A stretch of 64,000 nucleotides of DNA from Candidatus Vogelbacteria bacterium (GCA_016188295.1 JACPIA010000003.1:30-64029); one strand, 5' to 3'. Shown: positions 36,917 to 46,663, counted from the first letter of the stretch. The notes: a model not told the origin generated them from the letters alone. Numbers and translations: made by a program.

Positions 36917-37981
36917 TTACAATAGCCGTTCTAAACTTTTAGGATTGAGAGAAAAGCGGTAAGCGTTATCGGCCGTAATCTCGCCACGGCGGGCCAAGTC
37001 AGCTAACGAGTGATTAAGATCGACCATTCCCTGCTCGGCACCAGTCTCAATGACCACATCAATCTCCGGCGTCCGACCCTCCCGGATTAAGTTAGCGATG
37101 GCATTATTATTGATTAACAATTCATAAGCTGGAATTAAACCACCCGATACTCGAGGGAGCAAGCGTTGGGAAAAGATGCCTAATAAGCTGTCAGCCAGTT
37201 GGACTCGAATTTGGCGTTGCTCATTGCCGGGAAAAGAATCAATAATCCGATCAATGGTTTGCGAGGCGCTGTTAGTGTGGAGAGTAGAAAGAATTAAGTG
37301 ACCGGTCTCGGCGGCCGTGACGGCAGTACTAATGGTTTCCGGCTCGCGCATCTCGCCGATCATGGCCACATTAACGTCTTGACGAAACATCGCCTTTAAA
37401 GCGGTATGGAAATCGGCGGTATCAAAACGAACTTCGCGCTGATCAATAATTGATTTGTCGCTGGTGAACAAATATTCAACCGGATCCTCGACGGTAATGA
37501 TGTGCTCACTTCGCTCGTGATTGATGTGATCCACCATTGAAGCCAAGGTGGTTGATTTACCATGACCAACTGGACCCACTACTAAAAAGAAACCTTGTTC
37601 CCGTTTACAAAAATCAAGCAAGGACGGCGGTAAATTTAGCTCGGCTAAAGTCCGGATCGTCCGCGGAATCAGGCGAAAAGCCAAGCCGACTGTCCCTTTT
37701 TGATAAAACGCATTACCGCGAAAACGGACCGCCCCGTCGGGGCTGTAAGAAAAGTCGATGTCATGATTATCTAAAAAGAGTTTTTTATTTTTTTCATTTA
37801 ACACCGTCATGGCAAAACCCATGGTGTCCTCGGGAGTAAGGATTGGCTTTTTAACCACCGGAATCAAGTCGCCCGAAACCCGGATGGTGGGATGGCGTCC
37901 GGCCGTTAAGTGAAGATCGGAGGCCCCTTCGCGCGCCACCACCAAAATCAATTCATCCAACTCTTTTTTGTAATCAGTCAT
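36917..37981 (-). CDS. pilT: twitching motility retraction ATPase PilT
   Basis: Walker A GPVGHGKST, Asp/His boxes and the PilT-type N-terminus. Confidence 0.85.
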   Translation of the reverse strand: MTDYKKELDELILVVAREGASDLHLTAGRHPTIRVSGDLIPVVKKPILTPEDTMGFAMTVLNEKNKKLFLDNHDIDFSYSPDGAVRFRGNAFYQKGTVGLAFRLIPRTIRTLAELNLPPSLLDFCKREQGFFLVVGPVGHGKSTTLASMVDHINHERSEHIITVEDPVEYLFTSDKSIIDQREVRFDTADFHTALKAMFRQDVNVAMIGEMREPETISTAVTAAETGHLILSTLHTNSASQTIDRIIDSFPGNEQRQIRVQLADSLLGIFSQRLLPRVSGGLIPAYELLINNNAIANLIREGRTPEIDVVIETGAEQGMVDLNHSLADLARRGEITADNAYRFSLNPKSLERLL

Positions 37982-37993
37982 AAGTTAAAAATA

Positions 37994-38392
37994 TTAAAAA
38001 CTAATTCCTTTTTGTTTGGCAATATCTATTGTTTTAGCAACCACCTCTGATGGTGTCGCAGTAGCCTTGATGATGTAACCATCAGCACCGACCGCCAAAC
38101 CTTTGTCGACATCATCTTTTTGGCCCAAGTTGGAAAGGATAATAATGGCGGTGTTAGCTAGATCAGCCCGCGCTTTTAATTTTTTAACTAATTCCAAACC
38201 ATCCATCCCCGGCATGACAATATCGACCAAACAGACCATTGGCACAAAACCGCTCTCAATGCGAGTTAAAGCCTCCTCGGCACCACTGACGGTCTCCACC
38301 GTAAAATCATGCTCGCTAAATTTAATCGAGTACATGTCGAGCAAAAACTTGTCATCGTCAACGACTAGCACTTTAAGACCATTTCCAGACAT
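37994..38392 (-). CDS. response regulator receiver domain protein (CheY-like, PilH/PilG-like position)
   Basis: 132-aa receiver domain (KVLVVDDD...phospho-acceptor D in CLVDIVMPGMDG...K in YIIK), embedded between pilT and pilB. Confidence 0.75.
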   Translation of the reverse strand: MSGNGLKVLVVDDDKFLLDMYSIKFSEHDFTVETVSGAEEALTRIESGFVPMVCLVDIVMPGMDGLELVKKLKARADLANTAIIILSNLGQKDDVDKGLAVGADGYIIKATATPSEVVAKTIDIAKQKGISF

Positions 38393-38405
38393 AGAGTTAT
38401 TTTAA

Positions 38406-39983
38406 TTATAGCTTATTAACCTCCTCAAAGGCAATCTGCCCCGCAAACGCCTTTTGCATCGCATCCTCCCGGATCGACAGAAAACCCTTGGAGCGCAGTA
38501 ATTTGTAAATATCGGTTTGACCGCCGTTTTTTAGAACAATCTTTTCTAAATCCTTATCCATTTCAAAAAACTCGGCCGCCGCCGTCCGACCGCGGGTACC
38601 GGAGGGACAAGAAGAACTGGACACCGATTTGTACACTTCAGCCGGAATAGCTAATTTAGAGCGATGCTCGGGCGACAAATCCGCCAACTCTTTATCGAGC
38701 ATCATTTTAAGTGAGTCAGCGAGTGGCTCTTTTTGTTTGGAGTCGCAGAGTATTGGCACTAAGCGCTGACTGATCACTAAATTGAGAGTTGGCGGGATCA
38801 AATACGGCTCGACTCCCATATCAATTAAACGCGGAATCGCGCCTGCGGCGGTATTAGTGTGCAGAGTGGACAACACCAAGTGACCAGTTAAAGCCGCCTG
38901 AATGGCAAGTTTAGCCGTCTCCCGATCACGGATCTCGCCAACCATAATAATGTCCGGATCTTGGCGCAAGATCGAACGGAGACCATTAGCAAAAGTGTAA
39001 TTAATTTCCGGCTGGACTTGAGATTGATTAACCCCAGTAATATCGTACTCAATTGGGTCCTCTAGACTGACAGTGTTGAATTTTTCTTTATCAATCTCAT
39101 TTAACATTGAGTAAAGGGTAGTGGTTTTACCCGAGCCAGTCGGGCCAGTGAGTAAGATCATCCCATACGGCCGCTTGAGCGCATTGCGAATCGAGTTAAC
39201 TACCCGCTCGTTTAGGCCTAAAGTCTCTAGTGTCACAAATTTATGATCAGGATCAAGAATACGGATCACCACCTTCTCGCCAAAAAAGGTTGGCAAGGTG
39301 GAAACCCGGAAGTCGATCTGCTTGCCTTCGACTTTAGCCGAAAAACGACCATCTTGCGGTTTACGTTTTTCATCTAACTTCATATTCGTCAAAATTTTGA
39401 CTCGAGAAACCACGGCATTATGAACGGTTACGGGCAACAATAAACTGGTATACAAGACGCCATCGACGCGGAAACGGACGCGCACCTTACCCGCCATCGG
39501 CTCAATATGAATGTCTGAGGCATTACCGCTAATCGCGTGCTGGAGAATAACACCGACAATTTTGGTTACCGGCGCTTCCTCCACTAAGCTGGCATCCTCG
39601 GCCTTACGTTTAGCGGCCGGCGAGCCAATCACCGTCTCGCTACCCGTACCACTGTCGCCGGAAGTAGTTTTATATTCTTCAAGGGCCTCATCGACCGCGC
39701 CGGAAATACTCTTATAACCCTCAAAGACTTTAGTAAACTGCTCGGTCGTGATTTTAAAAATCTTAAACGGCATATCACTCTTGGAAGCGATAAATTGGAG
39801 CGCATCGCGCGCCTCCATATTGTCGGGATCAACCATTCCCACCTCCAAAACACCATCTTTAACCGCCATCGGCACTAATTGATAGTACGAAGCGGCATCC
39901 TCTGGGACATAGCGCAAGACCGCCGCGGCGATATGTTTGTCGCCCAGCTCTTTAGTTGGGACTGTTAAATCATCAGTACTCAT
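38406..39983 (-). CDS. pilB: type IV pilus assembly ATPase PilB (GspE family)
   Basis: N-terminal GspII_E-like domain, Walker A GPTGSGKTTT and a tetracysteine motif, 525 aa. Confidence 0.85.
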   Translation of the reverse strand: MSTDDLTVPTKELGDKHIAAAVLRYVPEDAASYYQLVPMAVKDGVLEVGMVDPDNMEARDALQFIASKSDMPFKIFKITTEQFTKVFEGYKSISGAVDEALEEYKTTSGDSGTGSETVIGSPAAKRKAEDASLVEEAPVTKIVGVILQHAISGNASDIHIEPMAGKVRVRFRVDGVLYTSLLLPVTVHNAVVSRVKILTNMKLDEKRKPQDGRFSAKVEGKQIDFRVSTLPTFFGEKVVIRILDPDHKFVTLETLGLNERVVNSIRNALKRPYGMILLTGPTGSGKTTTLYSMLNEIDKEKFNTVSLEDPIEYDITGVNQSQVQPEINYTFANGLRSILRQDPDIIMVGEIRDRETAKLAIQAALTGHLVLSTLHTNTAAGAIPRLIDMGVEPYLIPPTLNLVISQRLVPILCDSKQKEPLADSLKMMLDKELADLSPEHRSKLAIPAEVYKSVSSSSCPSGTRGRTAAAEFFEMDKDLEKIVLKNGGQTDIYKLLRSKGFLSIREDAMQKAFAGQIAFEEVNKL

Positions 39984-39995
39984 AAAGACAACTAC

Positions 39996-40364
39996 TTAGG
40001 GCCTAATACCAGAGCTGATGACCTGACCCGGTAAAGGAGCAAAGGGATTAGTTCGACCAGCTGGCACGGCCGGTAATGGTTGATGGAAATCAGAGAAACC
40101 ATTAGCAAACACCGGGTCATCAAAAATATTGATCCCTAAATTGGCTGATTGCAGGGCCGCTAACAGCTCCACAAATTGTTTATCAGTCTCCAAGTCGGCA
40201 TCTGACTCACTGTTATCGGTAACGACCAATGTTCCATCAGCAGTGGCTGTGCTGGTAGTCAAGCCAATACCAGCCTGTTCCTCGTCACCTAAATACCAAT
40301 AGCCAAGCACTAAAGCACTAGCAAACAGAAGGATAATAATCGTGTTAATTAAAGTCTTAGACAT
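39996..40364 (-). CDS. hypothetical membrane-anchored protein (PilP-like position)
   Basis: N-terminal TM and a Pro-rich C-terminus. Operon context only. Confidence 0.35.
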   Translation of the reverse strand: MSKTLINTIIILLFASALVLGYWYLGDEEQAGIGLTTSTATADGTLVVTDNSESDADLETDKQFVELLAALQSANLGINIFDDPVFANGFSDFHQPLPAVPAGRTNPFAPLPGQVISSGIRP

Positions 40365-40365
40365 A

Positions 40366-40950
40366 CTAATTTTTTAACCAATAGGTTTTAAAGTTGATAG
40401 TGTATTGATAAGTGTCTTTATCATCAACTGAAGTAAAACTGAGAGCAGTTAAATCAATCACGCGTAGACTTTTAGCTAAATCACTGATAAATCTTTGAAA
40501 TTGAGTGTAGTTACCAGAGACGGTGGCCGAGAAACTCTCTGTCCCTAAACTACCGATCACAATGGTACTAGTTGAGACGGCAGTGTTAGTAGTGCGCGTG
40601 ATTACCGGCGTCTCCACTTTAATATTTTTGACACTTAAACCGTTTTGTTTGGCAATCGTCGCCACATCTACCACTACCTCAATGGGATCCAGACTATCCG
40701 GCAAAAAACTATCAAGTTTGGCTAAATCTTGAGGTGTTAGTGCGCCAAAGCGTTCGTTCAGCTTTTCTTCCAAAGCGGTTAAAGCATCGGCTCGCTCAAG
40801 GGCTTGGTTTAAAGAGTCACGCTCGGCTCGTTGAGCCAAGATCCCCGGCCGACTAGCATCGGCCGTATTATAAATCAACGGACTGATCCCGCCCCAAAAC
40901 AGAGCAATGATTAAGAACAGGATAATAATAGGGGCAATGATTCTGGTCAT
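40366..40950 (-). CDS. PilO-like pilus assembly protein
   Basis: N-terminal TM plus coiled-coil. Called from operon position and size. Confidence 0.45.
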   Translation of the reverse strand: MTRIIAPIIILFLIIALFWGGISPLIYNTADASRPGILAQRAERDSLNQALERADALTALEEKLNERFGALTPQDLAKLDSFLPDSLDPIEVVVDVATIAKQNGLSVKNIKVETPVITRTTNTAVSTSTIVIGSLGTESFSATVSGNYTQFQRFISDLAKSLRVIDLTALSFTSVDDKDTYQYTINFKTYWLKN

Positions 40951-41618
40951 ATTGATATCGTGGAGCTGGCCGTAGAACTGGCGATAATCGCCGGTATTGT
41001 GACCGCATGATTAGTTAAGAAAGCGCGATAAGATAATAATCGCGGATCAAGGGAAAGAGCTAATTTAAAATTGACATTATTCTGATTATCTAAAACGAAA
41101 TCAGAAAAGGTAAAGGAGCGTACCCGTTTGTCGGTGCGGAAGTTGGCCGCCTGGATGGCAATATCCTCATAACGCGCCGCTACCCCCTCTAAAGCCAGAC
41201 CTTCATCAGTCTGAGTTAATTTTTTATAACGAATAGTTGAAAGGGTGGATTGATTAAAAAAATCTAATAACGGCAACATCGTAATGTGGTTATCCACAAG
41301 CGTGCGCGCCGTTTTAAATTTAACATCTAATCGTTGATACTCTTGCAACGTACTTTTATTAAGCTCCTCTTCTTTGCGATCTAAAGTCGCTTTTAAACCA
41401 CAACCCACCGGTACGCCCTCGGCCGTAACTTGGCAAGCACGATTAATCTGCCCATCCAAATACCAGTGATAAGCGTAAAGTATGGCTGTAAACAAGGCGA
41501 CAATGATTAAAATAATTACCGCCAAGGAAGATAAAAAACCAAAACGCTCTGGCGCTTGGATGGGCGCTTGCCGCAATGGTTGTTTAGGAATGAATGATGT
41601 TTGAATAGATGGCTCCAT
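40947..41618 (-). CDS. PilN-like pilus assembly protein
   Basis: N-terminal TM and operon position after pilM. Confidence 0.45.
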   Translation of the reverse strand: MEPSIQTSFIPKQPLRQAPIQAPERFGFLSSLAVIILIIVALFTAILYAYHWYLDGQINRACQVTAEGVPVGCGLKATLDRKEEELNKSTLQEYQRLDVKFKTARTLVDNHITMLPLLDFFNQSTLSTIRYKKLTQTDEGLALEGVAARYEDIAIQAANFRTDKRVRSFTFSDFVLDNQNNVNFKLALSLDPRLLSYRAFLTNHAVTIPAIIASSTASSTISI

Positions 41619-41667
41619 AAAAACGAACTACTATCACTTACATTGTAACGCGAAATTAAACCGCGTG

Positions 41668-42798
41668 CTAGTGATTATTAAGCACCCGCAAGGCCACACC
41701 GAGGGCAATCGCGAATGACGGCCCCGCTTCGGCCAACACATCAGTTAAAAATGGTGGTGCTTCCACACGATCAAACGGCTCACCTAAAACAATTGGCGTC
41801 TCGACTAAGCCTTTAGCCACCTCAGGCAAACCGGCCAACAATGAGCCACCACCGATCAAAATAATTTTATTGACTGCTCGACTGTATTTACGCTGATAAT
41901 CTAAAATCACTTGATTCACTTCGGAAAAAATAAATTCGATCATCGGATTGACCGTTGGCGCAATATGCTCCTCACCCACCTGCTCCATTAAACCAACTTT
42001 GCGTTTAATCTCCTCGGCTTTAGCAAACGAGACTCCGAGCGAGCGTGACACCGCGGTAGTAATATCTTGGGCGCCTTTATTAATCGTGTGCGAAACTCGG
42101 ACAATGCCGTAGTCAACAATCGTCATTTTAGCGGTACCGGCCCCAAGATCTAAAATGGCCGTCGCCGACAGTTCGGTCCCTAAACTGGAGCGGATAGCGC
42201 CAAACGTCTCAATCTCAAAAAAGCGCGTATCTAATTTAGCGGCTTGAGCAATCGCTTGGTATTGTTTTAAAGTGTCATTATGAATAGCGGCCACCAACAC
42301 TTCCACCATTTTGGTTTTAAGGGTATTCTCACGCTCGCGGGTTGGGATCGTAATTTCCTCATCGATTTTTTTAGGAATCACCCACCAATCAAGCGCCACT
42401 TCACTAATCGGTACCGGCACATATTTGCGAGCCTCAAGCGATACTACTTGAGGCAATTCTTTGTTACTGACCTCGGGCACCTCCATCGTCACCAACAAAC
42501 TAGAGCGAAGTGGAATCGCAATCGCTCCGGTGCGAGAAGTCACATTAGCCTCACGGAATAAGTCATCCAGCAAAGTGACAATCTGCTCGGTGTTGAGATT
42601 GATCGCCTGCCCCACTGCCAAGTCACCATAAGGACCGGTAGCAATCTCACCATAAGTCTCCAAAATTAAACGGCCCTGTTCGGTTTTGATTTGCACCACT
42701 TTGACGGAGGAAAAACCAATGTCCACACCAATAACACTCCCTGGTGTTTGCCACAGTTTTGGTTTTTTAATCCAACCTAATACCCGCGACCAATCCAT
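41668..42798 (-). CDS. pilM: type IV pilus assembly protein PilM (actin-like ATPase)
   Basis: FtsA/actin-like fold pattern (GVDIGFSSVKVVQI...DLGAGTAKMTIV). Confidence 0.75.
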   Translation of the reverse strand: MDWSRVLGWIKKPKLWQTPGSVIGVDIGFSSVKVVQIKTEQGRLILETYGEIATGPYGDLAVGQAINLNTEQIVTLLDDLFREANVTSRTGAIAIPLRSSLLVTMEVPEVSNKELPQVVSLEARKYVPVPISEVALDWWVIPKKIDEEITIPTRERENTLKTKMVEVLVAAIHNDTLKQYQAIAQAAKLDTRFFEIETFGAIRSSLGTELSATAILDLGAGTAKMTIVDYGIVRVSHTINKGAQDITTAVSRSLGVSFAKAEEIKRKVGLMEQVGEEHIAPTVNPMIEFIFSEVNQVILDYQRKYSRAVNKIILIGGGSLLAGLPEVAKGLVETPIVLGEPFDRVEAPPFLTDVLAEAGPSFAIALGVALRVLNNH

Positions 42799-42819
42799 AG
42801 ATAAGTTACAATAAAGTTA

Positions 42820-43476
42820 ATGGGTTTATTATATCACATTAAGGAATGGATTAATGACTTACTTTTTCCCGACTACTGCTTGGGTTGTGATCGTGCTGAT
42901 GAAATACTGTGCGCTGATTGTGCTGGACACTTACCGGTGGCGGGGCCCGCCGAGGATGACACCTGGGCCTTATTTGATTATCATCAGCCGCTGACTAAAA
43001 AATTATTGTGGCGTTTAAAATATAATGGCAAACAGCGGATTGGGTGGCGTTTAGGTCAACTGGCCGCCGAAAAATGGTACGAAGATTTGGCCGAGATAGT
43101 ATTGATGACTGGTGAACAAAAATTGATTATTGTGCCAATACCACTCGGCACTAGACGTTTACGCCAACGGGGCTTTAATCAAGCCTTAAGCATTGCCGCC
43201 GGTCTTCACGAACACACTCGTGATTTAACGGAATTGTTGCCGGATAGTCTAAAAAGAATTAAAGAAACAGGAAGTCAAGTCAAAACCACTAGTCGCACTG
43301 AAAGATTAAAAAATTTAAAAGACGCGTTTGGTGAGGTGAACCCGACGATCAAAAATAAAGTGGTGTTGTTGATCGACGACACCACCACCACTGGAGCGAC
43401 CATGCAAAGCGCCGCCCTTGCGTTGTCGCGGGGCGGCGCTTCTCGAGTAATCAAATTAGCAATCGCTCGCGGCTAA
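42820..43476 (+). CDS. comFC: ComF family protein (phosphoribosyltransferase domain, competence ComFC-like)
   Basis: N-terminal zinc-finger CLGC...CADCAG and a C-terminal PRTase motif VVLLIDDTTTTGATM. Confidence 0.75.
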   Translation: MGLLYHIKEWINDLLFPDYCLGCDRADEILCADCAGHLPVAGPAEDDTWALFDYHQPLTKKLLWRLKYNGKQRIGWRLGQLAAEKWYEDLAEIVLMTGEQKLIIVPIPLGTRRLRQRGFNQALSIAAGLHEHTRDLTELLPDSLKRIKETGSQVKTTSRTERLKNLKDAFGEVNPTIKNKVVLLIDDTTTTGATMQSAALALSRGGASRVIKLAIARG

Positions 43477-43486
43477 TTAAATTTAA

Positions 43487-43741
43487 TTAGGATAAATGCT
43501 TGGAAACAAGTTTAGTCATCTCAAACATGGAAACAGTCCCTTTTCCCCCAAAAACTGCTTTGAGTTTAGCGTCAGCATTGATATTGCGCTTATTACTAGG
43601 GTCTTGAAGATTATTGCCTTTGATGTACACCCATAACTTTTTGACCACCTCGGAGCGGGGCATTGGGCCCTTGCCTATCACTTCAGCTAACTCATCACTA
43701 ATCTGCATTGGCTTCATAAAAGCCGAATTACCTTTTGGCAT
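43487..43741 (-). CDS. SWIB/MDM2 domain protein
   Basis: ISDELAEVIGKGPMPRSEVVKKLWVYIKGNNLQDP pattern. Confidence 0.7.
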   Translation of the reverse strand: MPKGNSAFMKPMQISDELAEVIGKGPMPRSEVVKKLWVYIKGNNLQDPSNKRNINADAKLKAVFGGKGTVSMFEMTKLVSKHLS

Positions 43742-43821
43742 GTTTATTTAAATTAACGATTATTAAGACTACTTTTTCTCCTGCCAGCCATTATACCCTA
43801 TGTAGCCCTAGAGAGCAATCT

Positions 43822-43925
43822 GCGGTGTATTCTTAAAATAGCTCGAACGGAATTCTGTTCTCGCCCGCCTGCGGCGGGCTCGGGTCGGGAGGGCAAAAAA
43901 TCCGTGCGGCTTTGCCGCAAAAATT
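43822..43925. repeat. GC-rich inverted repeat A-prime (inverted copy of 44839-44942, about 99% identity)
   Basis: gcggtgtattcttaaaatagctcgaacggaattctgttctcgcccgcctgcggcgggctcgggtcgggagggcaaaaaatccgtgcggctttgccgcaaaaatt. Confidence 0.85.
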
Positions 43926-43964
43926 AACAATTTCAAGTTTTTCTTTGGCGGCAATTTAAAAATT

Positions 43965-44729
43965 TTAGAGACAGGGAACTGAAGAAAAATCCTGGTGACC
44001 TCGATTAAGTTGGCATCGTTGAGTAACTGTCGCATTTCCTAGTGTCCAAACATTATTGTTGTAATACGCAGATGCAACTTTTTTCTGTGCACTAACAGAA
44101 TCGTCTCGCATTCCTTCGTATATTGCAGTTACAGCGTATTGACCATTGTTGTTTTGGACACTGACGGTAACTGATCCACAAGTGTCAGGCGTACAACCGC
44201 CCCAATTCCGCAATACAAGAGTCCGAGCTTGTTCCTGAGTAAAAGTGGGTGTAGCAGATGTGATTGTAAAGTAATTATCAGAAACATCTTCAAGTTCTTG
44301 ACCAACAGTGACCGCTAATTTGTATCGTCCTGCTGGAATATCTACTGGAATGGTAACTGTTTTTACGCCATTATTTGGAGCATCAGTCCAACTGCTAACT
44401 AAATCTCCGTTGTTCAAATGTTTTCCGTCAGCTGTGTCCAAATGAATCCAAATACCAGCGGTAGAGGCAACATTTTTGGTTTGCCATTTGATTGTTATTT
44501 GATTTCCAGTCGTGTATGTTTCCCCGCCGTTCGGGGAAAGTAGAGTAATCGAACCATTGGCAAATTGCAGACTACCATCTTTCCCTCCCGCGCCACCAGT
44601 TGTCTTAATGCCTGGCGTAGGCGACAGCTGTTGATTGGACTTCAACATAAAATATCCGGCTATCCCCAAAACAACAACGACTAACACAATGAGCGCTATG
44701 ATTATATTTGCAAAACCTTTTTGATTCAT
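43965..44729 (-). CDS. hypothetical exported/membrane-anchored protein
   Basis: 254 aa with an N-terminal TM (IIIALIVLVVVVLGIAGYF) and a Gly/Thr/Asn-rich extracellular region. Bracketed by inverted repeats A-prime and A. Confidence 0.55.
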   Translation of the reverse strand: MNQKGFANIIIALIVLVVVVLGIAGYFMLKSNQQLSPTPGIKTTGGAGGKDGSLQFANGSITLLSPNGGETYTTGNQITIKWQTKNVASTAGIWIHLDTADGKHLNNGDLVSSWTDAPNNGVKTVTIPVDIPAGRYKLAVTVGQELEDVSDNYFTITSATPTFTQEQARTLVLRNWGGCTPDTCGSVTVSVQNNNGQYAVTAIYEGMRDDSVSAQKKVASAYYNNNVWTLGNATVTQRCQLNRGHQDFSSVPCL

Positions 44730-44838
44730 ATTTATAAATTTATTAGTTAATAATTTTTATGACTTTATGAAAAAATTTCTTTTGCCCTTCCAAAATATGG
44801 TCCGAGCCGATTTGTTTTCAGGTTCTTTGGCAGCTTGG

Positions 44839-44942
44839 AATTTTTGCGGCAAAGCCGCACGGATTTTTTTCCCTCCCGACCCGAGCCCGCCGCAGGCGGG
44901 CGAGAACAGAATTCCGTTCGAGCTATTTTAAGAATACACCGC
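44839..44942. repeat. GC-rich inverted repeat A (central copy)
   Basis: Reverse complement of 43822-43925. Contains sub-hairpins tgcggcaaagccgca and gcccgccgcaggcgggc. Confidence 0.85.
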
Positions 44943-45043
44943 AATTCAGGATTTCGCAAGTGGAAAGATGATGCCGAGCGGCGCGAAACGCGCCGCTCGG
45001 CTAGAATTTGAAAGGGCTTTTCGGGCGAAAAGGAAAAGGATTT
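44939..45043. repeat. GC-rich inverted repeat B (central copy, contiguous with A)
   Basis: Reverse complement of 46462-46566. Contains the perfect hairpin gccgagcggcgcg aaa cgcgccgctcggc. Confidence 0.85.
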
Positions 45044-45093
45044 ATCAATGAAGGGCAAAAGAAAATTTTTATCAATTTTAATCAAACAAAAAC

Positions 45094-46617
45094 ATGAAAT
45101 ACATAATCTATGCGAGAAAATCTACCGAGAGCGAGGAACGACAAATCATGTCTATTGAATCCCAGCTTTCTGAATTAAAAGAATTTGCCGCCAAAGAAAA
45201 ACTTGAAATTGTTGCTTCGCTTTGCGAAGCCCAAACTGCCAAAGAACCTGGGCGAATTAAATTCGCTGAAATGTTGTCATTTCTGGAGAGTGGAAAAGCA
45301 GACGGAATTCTCTCTTGGAATCCAGATCGTCTCGCCCGAAATTCCATAGACGGAGGACAGATTATCTATATGCTGGACACAGGAAAAATTAAGGACTTAA
45401 AATTTCCGACTCATTGGTTTGAAAATACACCGCAAGGAAAATTTATGCTGAACATTGCATTTGGGCAAAGCAAATACTATGTAGATAATCTAAGTGAAAA
45501 TATCAAACGCGGACATAGAGCAAAATTAAGAAAAAGCATTTGGCCCGGCTTTGCCCCGCTTGGCTACACCAACAATCATAAAACGCGAGATATTGATGTT
45601 GACCACGAAAAAGCTCCGTTCATACGAAAGGGTTTTGAATTGTATGCGACTGGAAAATATACGCTAAAACAGATTGCAAAAATTCTCAAAGATTTAGGAT
45701 TGCGAAGCTACAAAGGAAATGTCCTTTCAGTTTCCTGTGTCCAGCGATTTTTGCAGAATCGATTTTACTACGGACTGTTTGAATTCAAGGGCGAGACGCA
45801 TCAAGGAACGCACGAGCCAGTTATCACGAAGAAACTTTTTGATAAATGTCAGGAAGTTATGAAGGATCGCGGACATATTAAAACGAGAAAAGCAGAGAAA
45901 ACTTTTCCATTTCGCGGATTACTCGCTTGCGGAGAATGTAGTTGCGCTATTACTGCCGAGACACAAAAAGGTCATAACTATTATCGTTGCACGAAAAAGA
46001 AAATCGCTTGTTCGCAAAAATATGTCCGCGAAGAATTACTAACGGAACAAGTAAAAAGTTTTCTTCAAAAAGTTTCTTTATCGAGCCAAGACACCGAAAA
46101 AGTTTTGCGTGAGCTGGACAAAGACGAGCAGAAAGCAAAAGCGAGTAGTTTCGTAATCGTTCAAAATCTGAAGAGTGAGTTATCCGACATCGGCACAAAA
46201 TTGAATAAATTACTTTCTGCGTATCTCGACGAGATAATTACTTCGGAAGAGTATGCCACGCAAAAACAAAAAATGCTCTCACTCAAAATAGAGTGTGCGG
46301 AAGAAATCAGGGAAATTGAAGATGGAATTGTGTCTTGGCTCGAACCGGCTCGTGCGTGGATTAAATCCTTAAATCAAGCAGAGAAACTGCTTTCCTCTGG
46401 GGATAAGTCGGAAATGACAACATTTCTAAAACAAAACGGCTCGAACCATATTTTGATCGATAAATCCTTTTCCTTTTCGCCCGAAAAGCCCTTTCAAATT
46501 CTAGCCGAGCGGCGCGTTTCGCGCCGCTCGGCATCATCTTTCCACTTGCGAAATCCTGAATTGCGGAAGGGGAGGGATTCGAACCCTCGAGAGACTTTTA
46601 CATCCCTACCTCGTTAG
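45094..46617 (+). CDS. large serine recombinase (resolvase/invertase N-domain plus recombinase domain plus zinc ribbon plus coiled-coil)
   Basis: N-terminal IIYARKSTESEERQIMSIESQ catalytic-Ser region, recombinase domain and zinc ribbon CGECSC...YYRCTKKKIAC, 507 aa. The last ~50 codons read through repeat B-prime into the tRNA-Ser flank. The true C-terminus is probably near 46460. Confidence 0.8.
   Translation: MKYIIYARKSTESEERQIMSIESQLSELKEFAAKEKLEIVASLCEAQTAKEPGRIKFAEMLSFLESGKADGILSWNPDRLARNSIDGGQIIYMLDTGKIKDLKFPTHWFENTPQGKFMLNIAFGQSKYYVDNLSENIKRGHRAKLRKSIWPGFAPLGYTNNHKTRDIDVDHEKAPFIRKGFELYATGKYTLKQIAKILKDLGLRSYKGNVLSVSCVQRFLQNRFYYGLFEFKGETHQGTHEPVITKKLFDKCQEVMKDRGHIKTRKAEKTFPFRGLLACGECSCAITAETQKGHNYYRCTKKKIACSQKYVREELLTEQVKSFLQKVSLSSQDTEKVLRELDKDEQKAKASSFVIVQNLKSELSDIGTKLNKLLSAYLDEIITSEEYATQKQKMLSLKIECAEEIREIEDGIVSWLEPARAWIKSLNQAEKLLSSGDKSEMTTFLKQNGSNHILIDKSFSFSPEKPFQILAERRVSRRSASSFHLRNPELRKGRDSNPRETFTSLPR
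46462..46566. repeat. GC-rich inverted repeat B-prime, abutting and overlapping by about 3 nt the 3-prime end of tRNA-Ser(GCT)
   Basis: aaatccttttccttttcgcccgaaaagccctttcaaattctagccgagcggcgcgtttcgcgccgctcggcatcatctttccacttgcgaaatcctgaattgcgg. Confidence 0.85.
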
Positions 46618-46652
46618 CAGTGAGGCGCTTTCGACCACTCAGCCACCCCTCC
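46564..46652 (-). tRNA. tRNA-Ser (anticodon GCT)
   Basis: Reverse complement GGAGGGGTGGCTGAGTGGTCGAAAGCG...ctGCTaa...long variable arm...GGTTCGAATCCCTCCCCTTCCG. Confidence 0.8.
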
Positions 46653-46663
46653 ATTGATTGTCA

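Noticed and set aside
43808-45085. ORFs of 75 aa (43808-44035) and 106 aa (44765-45085) predicted inside the GC-rich inverted repeats.
   Set aside because: Both are translations of repeat DNA (open frames favoured by high GC). The same peptide recurs as the read-through tail of the recombinase.
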